A stretch of 60,001 bases of DNA, counting the filler, from Sphacelaria rigidula (lineage: Eukaryota), in the NCBI GenBank assembly GCA_964200075.2. It is 6 parts of 6 records of this genome, joined end to end, with 100 filler letters (N's around TTAATTAATTAA, not from the genome) between each part and the next. Parts side by side here need not be neighbours in the genome. Positions count along the whole stretch, not along the records: positions 1 to 9,919 come from CAXNAA020007487.1; positions 10,020 to 19,938 come from CAXNAA020007488.1; 4 more parts are not named here. One strand, 5' to 3'. Within the stretch, counting starts at the first letter, position 1. Each line of letters starts with the position of its first letter. The notes below the pieces were generated by a model. The model searched no databases. It was not told the origin of the DNA and saw only the letters and a program-made list of their open reading frames with translations. The position numbers were made by a program, and so were the translations under genes. Below, piece by piece: positions 1-10,829 of this stretch.

Positions 1-3
1 TGT

Positions 4-2762
4 GTGAATCACATATCTGCAGCTTGTTCTTCCCGGACACATTGCACTTTGTGCACCTTACCAAGCCTGCAGCACATTGATCTACCTGGGAAGGTGTGTG
101 GAGCGTTGTCCATACCTATCCCTATTACACTGGCGTCGACAGAGACTGCCACCACGGCTCTACGCTCTCTAGAACAGGAGCAACACCTTCCTCTTCCGAG
201 GACCACGCCGGGCGAGCCAGCGCCTGCACCTCCTGCCGCCATTCCCGGTTCGGCGGAAGCATGCCAGCCCTCGCGCCCACACGCTGCTGCTGCGGCTCCT
301 ACCGCCTCGCCTGCGCGCAACCCGCCATCGCCACCGCAGGACCTTCAGGCCTCGGCGCCCCCTGCCCGCACACCTTGGCTCCGCCTTCGAGACAGCGAAC
401 GACCTTGGCTTTCATGGACGCTCCGGCAACTTTCAGGAAAGTACCATCGCCACACCGGCGTCCGCGCTTCTGAGGAGGCTTGGAGCTCGCTTACTCTGCC
501 GATCAACAGCGTTATCGTCCCTTTCCTTCAGCAAGGGGGACAGCTGCCGCACAACGACCCGGGAGCTCTCACCATTGAACGAATTGTACTCTACCTTACG
601 ATCGGTACCGGGGACGGTCGCCCTGCTCATGAGATCGCCGTCGCCGCCCTCTTCGCTGCTATGCGTGCAGCTCATAACACGCTGTCGCCCGACGATGATG
701 GGACCTGGATCACACCCCACCCTCCTCGTCACCGTGGTGATGACGATTCTGACGACGACCCTGCCGGGGCCGCACCACGCCGTGGTCAAGGGGCCCACCG
801 CAACAACAACAGCGGTCGACGCACAACCTGGGGCAGCCATAAACGGTCTGGTAATCAATATTGAAGTTCATCGACTGCCAGGCGCCGCCAACACGCCTTA
901 ACGCGATCCATACGGCCCTCACCGACCGTCAGGCAGGTAACGCCCCCTTTGGCGGCGGCGTCTGCTCGCCTCCTAGGTCTTACTGATAGTGATGGTGACA
1001 ATTCGGCTCGCCCATTGTCTTCTACCTCGGCTCGGTCACTAGCTGCCGCCGCCGTAGCCAAACAACAAGCTGCCGCTGATAAAGCCGCTTCCGATACTCG
1101 TAGAGAAGCGTCTCGTGTCGCTGCAATCAAGCGTGAGTACTTACAGATGGATGTCAAGAAACCTTGGCATATCAAAACTATGCCTGCTGCAGACAATGGG
1201 GACTCTGGTCAATTTACATCCGCTCTCATTTCCTGAATGCGTCGAACGATGCGCATCACCCTTGAGTCGGCCGATGCAAATGGACAACAATATTTCGAAG
1301 ACTCTGACTGGATTGATGGATGGCAAACCCCATTACACTAGGCTTTGCATCGCTCAATAAGCCGTCGCTCCCCTGACGTCGCTGTTTCCTTGACGCAGAT
1401 TCTCGACCCCTTCTTCACCGCAATGGATCAAGATTGTGCCGGCGGGCAAACAGCGTCGCTATTATTCGGCAATTTGGAAAGGCGCATCATAAGTTATTGT
1501 GATAAGTCTGATCAGGCAGGCGCCATCAAGCGCCTCAATTCCTTCGCCGTGGCAACAGACGTGCCCTTTGCTGACCACCTACGCGAATTCAAGCTTTTGG
1601 TCTCTAGTGTACCTGGTACTGGCCGACAGAAGGGCCCTAGTGATGCCATGTGTCAGACATATGTTCGCATTGGTATCGCTCAGCAATATCCGACGCTGAT
1701 GCCGTCTTTGTTCCCGGGCGCTTTGGCGCGGAAAGAGGTGCCTTACGCCTCCGTAGATGCAATGTGGACTGCGCTTGTAGATCACGAACATAATTGAACG
1801 CCTGCCATTGACTGCTGCCGAGATAGCCTCCTCCCGAACCGGCCAAAAAAGTGCATGAAGGCAATGATCATAAATGCCGTTATAGAGGTGGTTTCGTACT
1901 GCACGATGCTACTCAATTGGTTGGGTGCTATGACTGATTTCGGACTGCTACACGCCTCCCATGTGAGCGAAATTGCTGCAAACGAGCCCAATAATAATGG
2001 GATTGGAGCCGGTTTGTCGGAAGGTCTCCGGTGCTCTTTTGGTGGTGGGGGCTATCTCGGCATTAGTCCATTCGTGGCACACAGTGTTCTTCTGGGTCTT
2101 CGCAGACCTTGCTTGCCGAATCCACGAGTACGTCCGGATCTCGTGGACGCCCTCACACTTTGTCCAGTAATACTTGGACACCCAACTCTGTCGGCGGATC
2201 GGTCATGTCTGTTTATAGCAAAAACAAAACCTTTCGAGCAGGCTTCGACGCATGGCCTCATTCGGCAGACACTTTTGATGACGTTTATGTCGTTTCCACA
2301 ACTGCTTTCATCACGGATGACCCACATTTGTGGACCCCCTTGTTTTCGCCTTCGGCTCGCAAGGATGCTTATCGTCGCCATGTTAACACATGCATCAACT
2401 GCAATGGTACTGGCCACAGTATGCGTGACTGCCCTGAACCTTGCATCAATATGTTTTCGCTCATGAACCCTGAACTTCAAAGCAACAGGCAGGCGTGGCG
2501 CCGATGGCAAAAATGCATGCGCGAGTATCGTACACCGTCTCGCCACCATCGCCAGCCTTACCACAATCATAGCGACTCTCGCTCAAATCGGGACCGCCGC
2601 CACACCATCAACATCGTCTCAGGTACTCGCCATAGAGATAGTTCTTTCCACCTTTCTCAGTCTTCGCATGGTCATCACCATCGAACGGGGCCGACTCACG
2701 ACAACTCAAACCCCAATGCCAGAAACGCTGTCTCTTTCATGACGGATCGCAACGACCCATGA
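4..2762 (+). pseudogene. gag: gag-like polyprotein (disrupted) with C-terminal CCHC zinc knuckle
   Basis: CINCNGTGHSMRDC (C-X2-C-X4-H-X4-C) at 2391-2432. ORFs 4-864 and 949-1236 share a frame with only one TGA between them. Frameshifts near 1233 and 1345, a stop at 1795-1797, and a MITE at 1810-2068 whose removal restores the frame. Confidence 0.75.
1810..2068. mobile_element. 259-bp MITE inserted in Gypsy gag
   Basis: Inverted ends GACTGCTGCCGAGATAGCC and GGCTATCTCGGCATTAGTC; flanking 4-bp duplication CATT at 1806-1809 and 2069-2072. Confidence 0.8.
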
Positions 2763-2777
2763 CACGCCGACGACGGC

Positions 2778-4735
2778 GTGAAGTCTTTGGCGCCGCCGAT
2801 AGCAGAACCGAAGGCTCATCCAACACACACTCGGGTGACAAAACGTTCTCACCCGAACTTCTCCACACTATGTTTGAAATCTAATGACGGCCGTTCTTCT
2901 CGACCCCCGTCTTTATCTTCACACACACGGCGTAACTGTTGTGTTGACTCACAACCCAGCTCTATGCTTGGCTCCAGAATTGGTCCTCCGAAACTAAGTA
3001 TAAATCTGAGGTGTGGGAAGACCGCCCGCGGACCCTGGAGGCACAGGCTTCCCTCAACGACCGCACGCACCGGTTGTTGCAGACTCCCTTCGACTGGTTC
3101 TGGTGTTGATGGTTCGAAACTGACCACTTCAAACCCTTCGAATCTTACCCAGCCTGATCGCAGTCGATCTTCGCGTCACTCTTCTGCCGCGAAACTACCC
3201 CGACATACAGCGGACAACACTCGTCCCCTTTCACATTTAGCAGTACCGTTTGTACCGAGCTTGCCAGCGGGCAGTCCACAAGTTTCGGCCAAGCATGTCT
3301 TGATGCTGACAACATCACCTCAACTGGACGCAGTTGCAGTTTTCCACGAAGGTTGGGAAGTTCCCAGCCATTTGTCATGGCACGAGAGGAAGCCTCGTCG
3401 TCATGCCCCCAAGGAAGCGCGAGTATTGACACGCCCCCCTCCCGTCAGCGGAAACCTCCGACCTCATTCTCCCCCAAAAGCGGCGACTTTGAGCTCGATG
3501 ACATCGCCAGGCATCCAAGAGGAATCCAAATCGGACCTTTCAGACGGTACCGCTTCCTCCCCTGATGGCCCCAGTTGCACTTCGCAGCAATCTATTTTTG
3601 ATGATGACCCTTGTACTTCCAAGCCAGTCATCTACGAGAAAAATCCTGATTCACGCTGCCCTTCACGATCGGATCAGACCCCCGCGCTGTCTACCGATAC
3701 CTTTGAACCCCCCGCGGATCACCCGCCATCCGTTTTCACGGTCAGTCCGACTAATCCTGACCAATTTACGTTATCTGAACATGGCCCTGACCTCGTCGGT
3801 GGTAAGGCGTCCGTTGATCCTGCCACCTTTACTACCCGCGTCGCATTACACTGCGGCCCTTACGCCACCACGCGCGCCAAGTACGTCTCGTTGCTAGACA
3901 GCGGTAGTTCACAGACATTCACCAAAGAATCCATGTGGAACCACATGAAGCAGACTAGCGCTGCTTCTGATGTTTGCGAAATCACCACCCAACCTCGCGT
4001 TCGGGGCGGCTTCGACGACTCCAAAACACCCTTGACGACACACAAATCTGTTTGTCTCAGTGCACAATTTTTCCACAATGATACACGTTCGACTAGTCTC
4101 GCAGGCTGGGCTTACATCGTCCCTGACAGCACCATGCATCATGCTCTCCTTCTTGGCCGAGATAGCTACATGCGGTTCGACCAACGTACGTACCGCACCC
4201 TCCAACCATTACCGCCTCAGTCGGTGCGTCGTGGAGAACTCCAACTAAAACACTTTGGTACCCTCGGTGGTGCCTTAGTCTACAAAAAGAATGAGCAGGC
4301 TACCGGAGCGACTTACCACCTTCGGTACAATGGCAGTTCTGGCGTCACCCTTTCCGACGAGCCTCAACTCTTCAAAGTTTTGCTTGTTCGCCGCAACGGT
4401 ATACCTGCCCTCACCGGCCACTACCTTGCGGCATTGCTGCCTAAAGTTGGTGCGTCCGCTGGCACTGAGCATTGTGTCTCGGACGGCGAACAACTCCTGC
4501 CTCTCATAGGCCATGCTGATGTGGAACCTGGCGATGTCTTGGGCATCGCCGCGGCTCCTCTTATGCACATTCCTCTGGATACCTGCGTAGCCGGCCCTCC
4601 GGTGCCTGATCCCACGCCGCCGACTGATGATTTTGTTCACTGCGTTGATGAGCCATACTTCGATACATCCCCCTCACCCCCGACTCGGATTTCTGCGGTA
4701 GAAACCGGCCGACCCCTGCTGAACCTCCTGATGGA
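2778..4735 (+). pseudogene. pol: Gypsy pol N-terminal part: long Ser/Pro-rich leader, aspartic protease, and PR-RT intervening domain
   Basis: YVSLLDSGSSQTF (DSG at 3897-3905) and ALLLGRDS retropepsin motifs; frameshift into the RT frame near 4700. Confidence 0.85.
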
Positions 4736-6320
4736 GTGCTTCAACGCTTATCGGTCGAGTCTCGGGAACAGTTCCTGCAAATGTGGCACCAACTTCCACC
4801 CCATTTGCGTGATATCCATTTTGACCTACATGGTCCGGGCTGGGAGCCCGCCGTCATCCAAGAGCTACAAGATCTTCTCCTCGAATATCAGGACAGATTT
4901 TCACGATCCAAGACGGATCTCGGGCATTGTAAAACATTGCCATTCGAGATCACTCTGCGACCTGGCGTTTCGCCAATCTCATCTGGACCATATCGAACGA
5001 ATCCCCTCCTCACCAAAGAAGTCAACGCTATTTTGGATGCATACCTAGGAGCTAGTCTGATTCAACACTCGTCTTCGCCATGGGCCTCACCCCTTGCGGT
5101 CGTCCCCAAAAAAGATGGCAATATACGCATTACAGTAGATTACAAACGGCTGAATCGCGTCACTGTCGTGGGAAAACTCCCCATATCTCGCATCGACGGA
5201 GTCTGTGACTCTCTCGGCGAAGGAAAAGTATTCAGCACCTTCGATCTGGCCTCTGGATTTTTCCCAAATGCAATTCACCCCGATACAGTTCCCTTGACGG
5301 CGTTCTGTACCTCTTCAGGGCTTCATGAATGGCTGCGTATGCCACAAGGCGCTGCCACCGCACTTGGCTGCTTTCAATGCCTCATGCAACGCGTTACTGA
5401 CGGTCTCGAGCATGTTATCATGTATCTCGACGATGCTATCGCTTTTGACGCCTCCCCCAAGGCGCATGTTCGCACTCTACGGGAATTCCTCTCCCGCTTG
5501 CGTACACACGGCTTGAAATTGTCTCCATCCAAAGCTCGACTCGGAGCCACTGAAATGGAGTTTTTGGGACACTCTATCTTCCCTGCTGGATTGCACCCAG
5601 ACACGAACAAAGTCAAGGCTATGACTGATATGCCCATGCCCATCAATATTTCGCAGCGGCGCTCGCTGTTGGGTGGACTTTCATATCATCGCAAATTTTT
5701 GCCCAACTTGTCCGAGCGGATCTGGCCCATCACAGATTTATTGAAGAAAAACGTCCCGTTTGTCTTCACTGAAGACATGGAAGCCACCGTCCGCGAACTG
5801 CTCAAAACACTGACCGCAAAACCGGTTCTTTGTTTTCCGGATTGGGACGCGGTACAAGACGGCTCACGTCCTTTCCAAGTACACATCGATGCTAGCACAG
5901 ATGGGTTCGGCGCCGTTTTCAATCTGCCTCGACTGGATGGCTCTGTCCGACCTATTTTGTACATCAGCCGCGCAACACTCCCGAACGAGGCAAACTGGAG
6001 TCCACTCGAACTAGAAGGCGGAGTCATAACTTGGGCTATTAAAAGGCTTCGACAGTACTTGTTCCACGTGCCTTTCCACATCTATACAGATCACAGAGCT
6101 CTTGAACAACTCGCTAAGGTTGGAGAACATAACCCCCGCGTGCAACGGTGGCTGGAGTTCTTGACTGCTTACCAGTACACTATTAAACACCGTCCGGGCA
6201 AATCCAACGACAATGCTCACCTTTTTTCGCGATTGCCTCTGCCCCCTACAGCGGTAGATTTCAGTCCCGCTTGCCGCTTGACTGAACTTGATGAACCAGG
6301 CGTCTACCCCATTCGGCGTT
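4736..6320 (+). pseudogene. pol: Gypsy reverse transcriptase and RNase H
   Basis: SPWASPLAVVPKKDG, VDYKRLN, FDLASGF, RMPQG, YLDD (5423-5434), EFLGH; RNase H motifs DASTDGFGAV, SPLELE, YTDHRAL. Confidence 0.96.
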
Positions 6321-6372
6321 TTCTACGCCCATCTACGCGCTTGACCTTCAATGCCCTGAAACAGGTCTGCAC

Positions 6373-9128
6373 ATGTGGGGCCCCCGCCCTCCGCCCTCTG
6401 ATGCAGTTGTGGATGGCTTAGCGCCCACAGCTGATTTTGCCGACTTCCGCACTTTCGGCCCTCGCGCAAACATCGCGGCGCCGCTACCACCAACTGTTCA
6501 CCTCATCTCCGACAACACGCGTTCTCGGTCGGCAGCTTGTGCAAATTCTTCGCGTGCCGTGATGCCACCACCGCCGCCGGCCGCTTCTAGCAATGCGTCG
6601 CCGTCGCCGCCTCATGCCCCCACGAACCGTACCACACCTACAAAGACCGGCCGCGTGCCCAGTGTTGTCCCAACACCGCCCGCACCCCTTGTGCGCCCAA
6701 CGCGTCGATCGCGTTCACCAGTTCGCGCTACCCCCCCGCAGTCTTCTGGGAATCTCCCTGCATTTGCGCCTCTGACTCGCGATCCGCATGCGTCAGATCC
6801 GCTTCCGGACCAAAATATTGACGTCGGCACCCCTGCTTCTTCACCTGTGCCACCCCCCCCTGAGCCACCATGTTTGGTTGGCTCTCCGGCTGAAGGACAA
6901 CTTCGAGAATTTCTCGCTAGCTACTCTCACCGCGATTGGGCTCGCGACCAACAACAGGAACCGCTCTGTCGTGCGATAATGCGGTACTTACGGCTTAACT
7001 GCCCCACCCCTTTCCCGGCTGAGATCCGGATCCCCGTGGGCACTCTACCCGCCCCCACCGCCTCTGAAGTGCTTGAGCTGGCACGCAAAGGTTCTATCTT
7101 CGCGACTGACGACAACGTCCATTTGCTTGTTCGCCGACCCAACTCCCATTTGGGCACGGCTGCCGCAGTAACAACTGCCGCTCCGGCACATATGCGTCAT
7201 GACGCCCCTATCCGCATCTATGTCCCTATCATGATGCATCCGTGGATCATCACAGGCTGTCACTCTGATTTGTCCCGCCACTTGGGCGTCACGCGCACGT
7301 TAGCGCTCCTTGAACGCTTTCATTGGTGGATCGGCATGGAAACATCCACGCGTTTTTGGATCCAACGATGTTTCAAATATCAGGCTCGCAAGACCTCTCG
7401 ACAGACTGTACGATGGCCGGTGATTTCCATGGAGCTTCCAAACGCTCCTGGTCACTTCGTATCGTTTGACTACTTCGGCCCTTTACCCACCACTGGCCGT
7501 GGTAATACCTACATTCTGCTTTTCACCGATCGCTTCAGCCGTCACGCGGCTATGCACGCTGTTACTGCCAGCGATTTCACTGCCGCCGGCACAGCGGACA
7601 TCCTCGCCCATGACTACATTAAACACTATAGCTGCCCGAAACGGCTCCTCTCCGACAATTGGCCAACAATTTTTCTCCGAACTCTCGGATGCTTTGTACA
7701 AGCTCCTCGGCAATCGTAAAATTGCCACAAGCGCCTACCACCCCAACGGTAATGGTGGAACTGAGCGTGTGAACCACACGATGGCTCGAATGCTGTCCAT
7801 GGTCGTAAACGACCGTCAGAATGACTGGGACCTTCATATTTCGCATGCCATGCTGTCTGACAACAATTCGGTCAACGCGGCTACAGGCCTCTCGCCCAAC
7901 GAGCTGCATCTTGGACGCTACCCTCATCTGCCCATCACCGTTTTCGAAAGACATACCTTCGATGGTCCCCAAGGTCTGGAACAGGATCAGCTGTCCTACC
8001 ACGACCTCGCCAGGGCTCATCAGCGCAAAGGCTTTCACTTTGGTGCGCGAACAACACGCTACCAACGCCTCACGCTTTAAAAGATCCAATACCGCCCTCT
8101 ACAACTTGATGCACAAACGCCCTACTTGGAAGATCGGTGATTGGGTCTGGATCTACAACAGTTTGTCCACCATCCGTCAAGGCGCTGACCGCACTGCCCA
8201 GGCAGCAGTCTTGAAGACGGGACTGTCCCTCAATTGGACGGGTTCGTTCAAAATTCTCATTGTCGGACCCTCGCCGACGTCTCCTGACGGCAAGCCTGCT
8301 GGCGACAAACTCCTCTACCTCGATTTACCTCGTGACCTCTATGAGCATGACGCTAAATCTCGCGTCTCTGTGCATCGTTGCAAGCCTTGCACAAACCCGC
8401 ATGACACTACTGACATGCCTCAATACCTGCCTGCAGGTCTCACTCAAGACGTGCTCAATAGCTACTCGACAAGATCTCCACCGTACCACGTCACCATCGA
8501 TCACGTGACTGAACAACCTCTTCGCTTGGCCGTGTCCCACATTTCCGGCCACCAAATCGCTCGAGGTCCTGGCGGAAAAATTGCTGTTATGTACAAGACA
8601 CACTGGCGAGGTCTTCGGCGTGCGTCTTGGGAACGCGAGTCCGATCTTCAACTGCACCGTCGTGCTATCTTTTTCTATTGGACACAATCCCCACAGCAAC
8701 AGCTCGCTGACAACAAGGGATATCGCAACATGAGACGCGGCGCTGCGGTTCGCGAACTCCACCGCGACAAAGGACTACGTTTTGTAGCCGATGGTTACGA
8801 ACTCGTACCCACCAAACAATGAGATGAAAAGATTCGCGCAAAACAAGAACCGCTCCCTAAAGGTGCCTATTTGTGGTGTAAGGGCAGCGATTACCTCTGG
8901 TGGCTAGGTGAGATCTACTCCGTCGATGCCCTCGCGGCCGACACGTACATCGTGCGTTTCCTCGACGATCCTGGGCCCGCCCAGCTCAAGCTTCGCCCCG
9001 ATTTATACACGACCAGCCCCTCCGCACCCCGCGGTTCTTGGTGCCTACAACGCTTCAAGCCACACGGCTTACGCCGCGGCCTTCAAGGCAATATCGATCG
9101 TACACACGACATCAATGCACCATCTTGA
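6373..9128 (+). pseudogene. pol: Gypsy integrase with GPY/F-like motif, chromodomain and C-terminal PWWP-like domain (frameshifts ~7658 and ~8035, in-frame TGA 8820-8822)
   Basis: CH..RHLG..RCFKY (HHCC with the last Cys lost), FDYFGPLP, FTDRFSR, LSDN/GQQF, TSAYHPNGNGGTERVN; WTGSFKI; chromo-like 8526-8648; GAYLWCKGSDYLWWLGEI...YIVRFLDD within 8853-9005. Confidence 0.9.
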
Positions 9129-9737
9129 GTCCTATCTCTTTGCACTCCTATTATCGCGATTTTCCTCTCTCCTCCCAGTTTGGTTCTGGTACTTCCCTTG
9201 TCCCCACTCAGGTACGCTCTGCTCTTCACTGCTTCACCTACGATGCTGTCCTATCGCGGCTCATCTCTGCCCTCATCGGCCCCTTCGACGACTTCCCCTG
9301 GACCCCCTTCGCCCCCTTCCATTGGCCTCCACCCCCTTCCATTGGCCTCTACGCTGCCACCACTTTGTCTGGCTGGCACTCGACCCTATTCGGGTCCTTG
9401 AGTTTTTTGTTCTCCTGCTTGAGGTTGCCACTGTGTCCTTTGCGGGGTTTTCTTTTGCTTCTTATCTAGCTAGCTCGTCAAAGCATTGTGTGCTTTTTCC
9501 GTCTGTTCGCTAGCTCGCAGCAGCATTGTGTGCTACTGCGCAGTCAACCGCAATTACGTAATTGCGCTTTTTGAGGCATCTTTGGTTTTTCTTGTTGGGG
9601 TGTAGGAGGATCGTGCACGGGCTGGTCATTGCCCTCTTGTGTTTTTTAGCGTTGTCTCCTCATGACTTGATGGGTGAGACAAGCCTCAATTTTAGTTACT
9701 CTTGAGATTTCATCGCAACTCAAATAGAGGTTCGTCT

Positions 9738-9919
9738 GGGTGGGTGAGTGTCATGAGGAAGGAAGATAGAGAGGCGTTATTTGTTCCTACAAACAATTTT
9801 GGGGCAGGTTTGCTCACAGATCATTTCGATCTGTCCATTGGCTCTGGGGAAGGTTGGTGGGCAGACTGTGTGCAGACGGGTGTACCCTAACCCCGAGAAG
9901 GTAAAACGCCTTCTCGTGC
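9738..9919 (+). repeat. Polypurine-tract-like GGGTGGGTGAG and probable start of 3' LTR (TGTCATGAGG, 9749)
   Basis: G-rich tract directly before TG, about 620 nt after the pol stop; no 5' LTR on the contig to confirm. Confidence 0.55.
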
Positions 9920-10019
9920 NNNNNNNNNNNNNNNNNNNNNNNNNNNNNNNNNNNNNNNNNNNNTTAATTAATTAANNNNNNNNNNNNNNNNNNNNNNNNN
10001 NNNNNNNNNNNNNNNNNNN
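9920..10019. other. Artificial contig linker (N-run + TTAATTAATTAA + N-run); also at 19939-20038, 29956-30055, 39972-40071, 49987-50086
   Basis: Five identical 100-nt spacers with stops in all six frames, separating segments of 9919, 9919, 9917, 9916, 9915 and 9915 nt. Confidence 0.98.
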
Positions 10020-10829
10020 TTCCTGACCAGCCTCATTGGTCGTTCTGGAGGCCCGGTCCCAAAAGGGTTAATAGGGATGCGAGGCCAATGGTCTTATTAC
10101 TACGGCATGACTTTGATAAACGGTCTTGGGGCCGATTTTCGCCAAAACAAAGGGCTTTGAGATTGTATTGCCTTCAAAAGACTAGCTGTACTCTTCGATT
10201 TTTGACGTCCTTCGTGTGCCAAATTAGACTCTTGGCCGAAGAAGTGACTCATCAAACAACCCACGAAAACCCAAAACTTCCCGCAAAAGGACACATATCA
10301 TTACGAGGAAAATCCTTTCCCGCCAAAAGCTAAAGTGGGTGCACAAAAGATCGGAAAGCCGGAAGAATACTCGCGGAGAGTTTGACCGTGAAAATTATTT
10401 CTCAAATAACCCACAAACACCGCCGAGTTCTCGCAAATACAACACACCGATCTCAGAGAAATTAGTTTTTCGGAGAGACTGTCTGAGAACTGCTTTTTCC
10501 AGCCACAGGTGAAGCTGGTCGCACGAAAGATGGGGTACGTGCGCTGTAAATATTCAATTACACTCAACATTCGTCGTTCATCTACACCATCTCTAGCAAT
10601 AGTGCGTGTATACCCATTTTAATTTTTGGACAAGGGACCATCCATCCTCAAGCAATCTTTAATTAATTAATTGTAATGTCTTTCCCTTGTCCAAAATAAT
10701 AAAGTTCGATCCCAGCAAACCATCTATCCTCGAACTAGCAAATTAAATGAATTAATAAATTGGTTGGTTGTTGGGAATAGATGGTTGGATGGTTCGGTCA
10801 ATCTCATTCATGGACAAGGGAAAGACAAT

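Larger units (their letters stand above)
1..9919 (+). mobile_element. Ty3/Gypsy (chromovirus-like) LTR retrotransposon, decayed; 5' LTR not on contig, 3' LTR truncated
   Basis: Domain order gag(CCHC)-PR-RT-RNaseH-IN-chromodomain, as in Ty3/Gypsy; several stops and frameshifts; PPT-like tract followed by TGTCA at 9749. Confidence 0.95.

Noticed and set aside
1855-2466. 203-aa ORF as a separate gene
   Set aside because: Starts inside the MITE and runs out of frame over gag; shadow ORF
4680-4740. Programmed -1 frameshift between PR and RT
   Set aside because: No X-XXY-YYZ slippery heptamer, and the element has many other random frameshifts, so decay is the simpler explanation
9964-9975. Regularly spaced TTAATTAATTAA as a biological repeat or CRISPR-like array
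   Set aside because: Always embedded in N-runs of fixed total length; it is an artificial six-frame-stop linker
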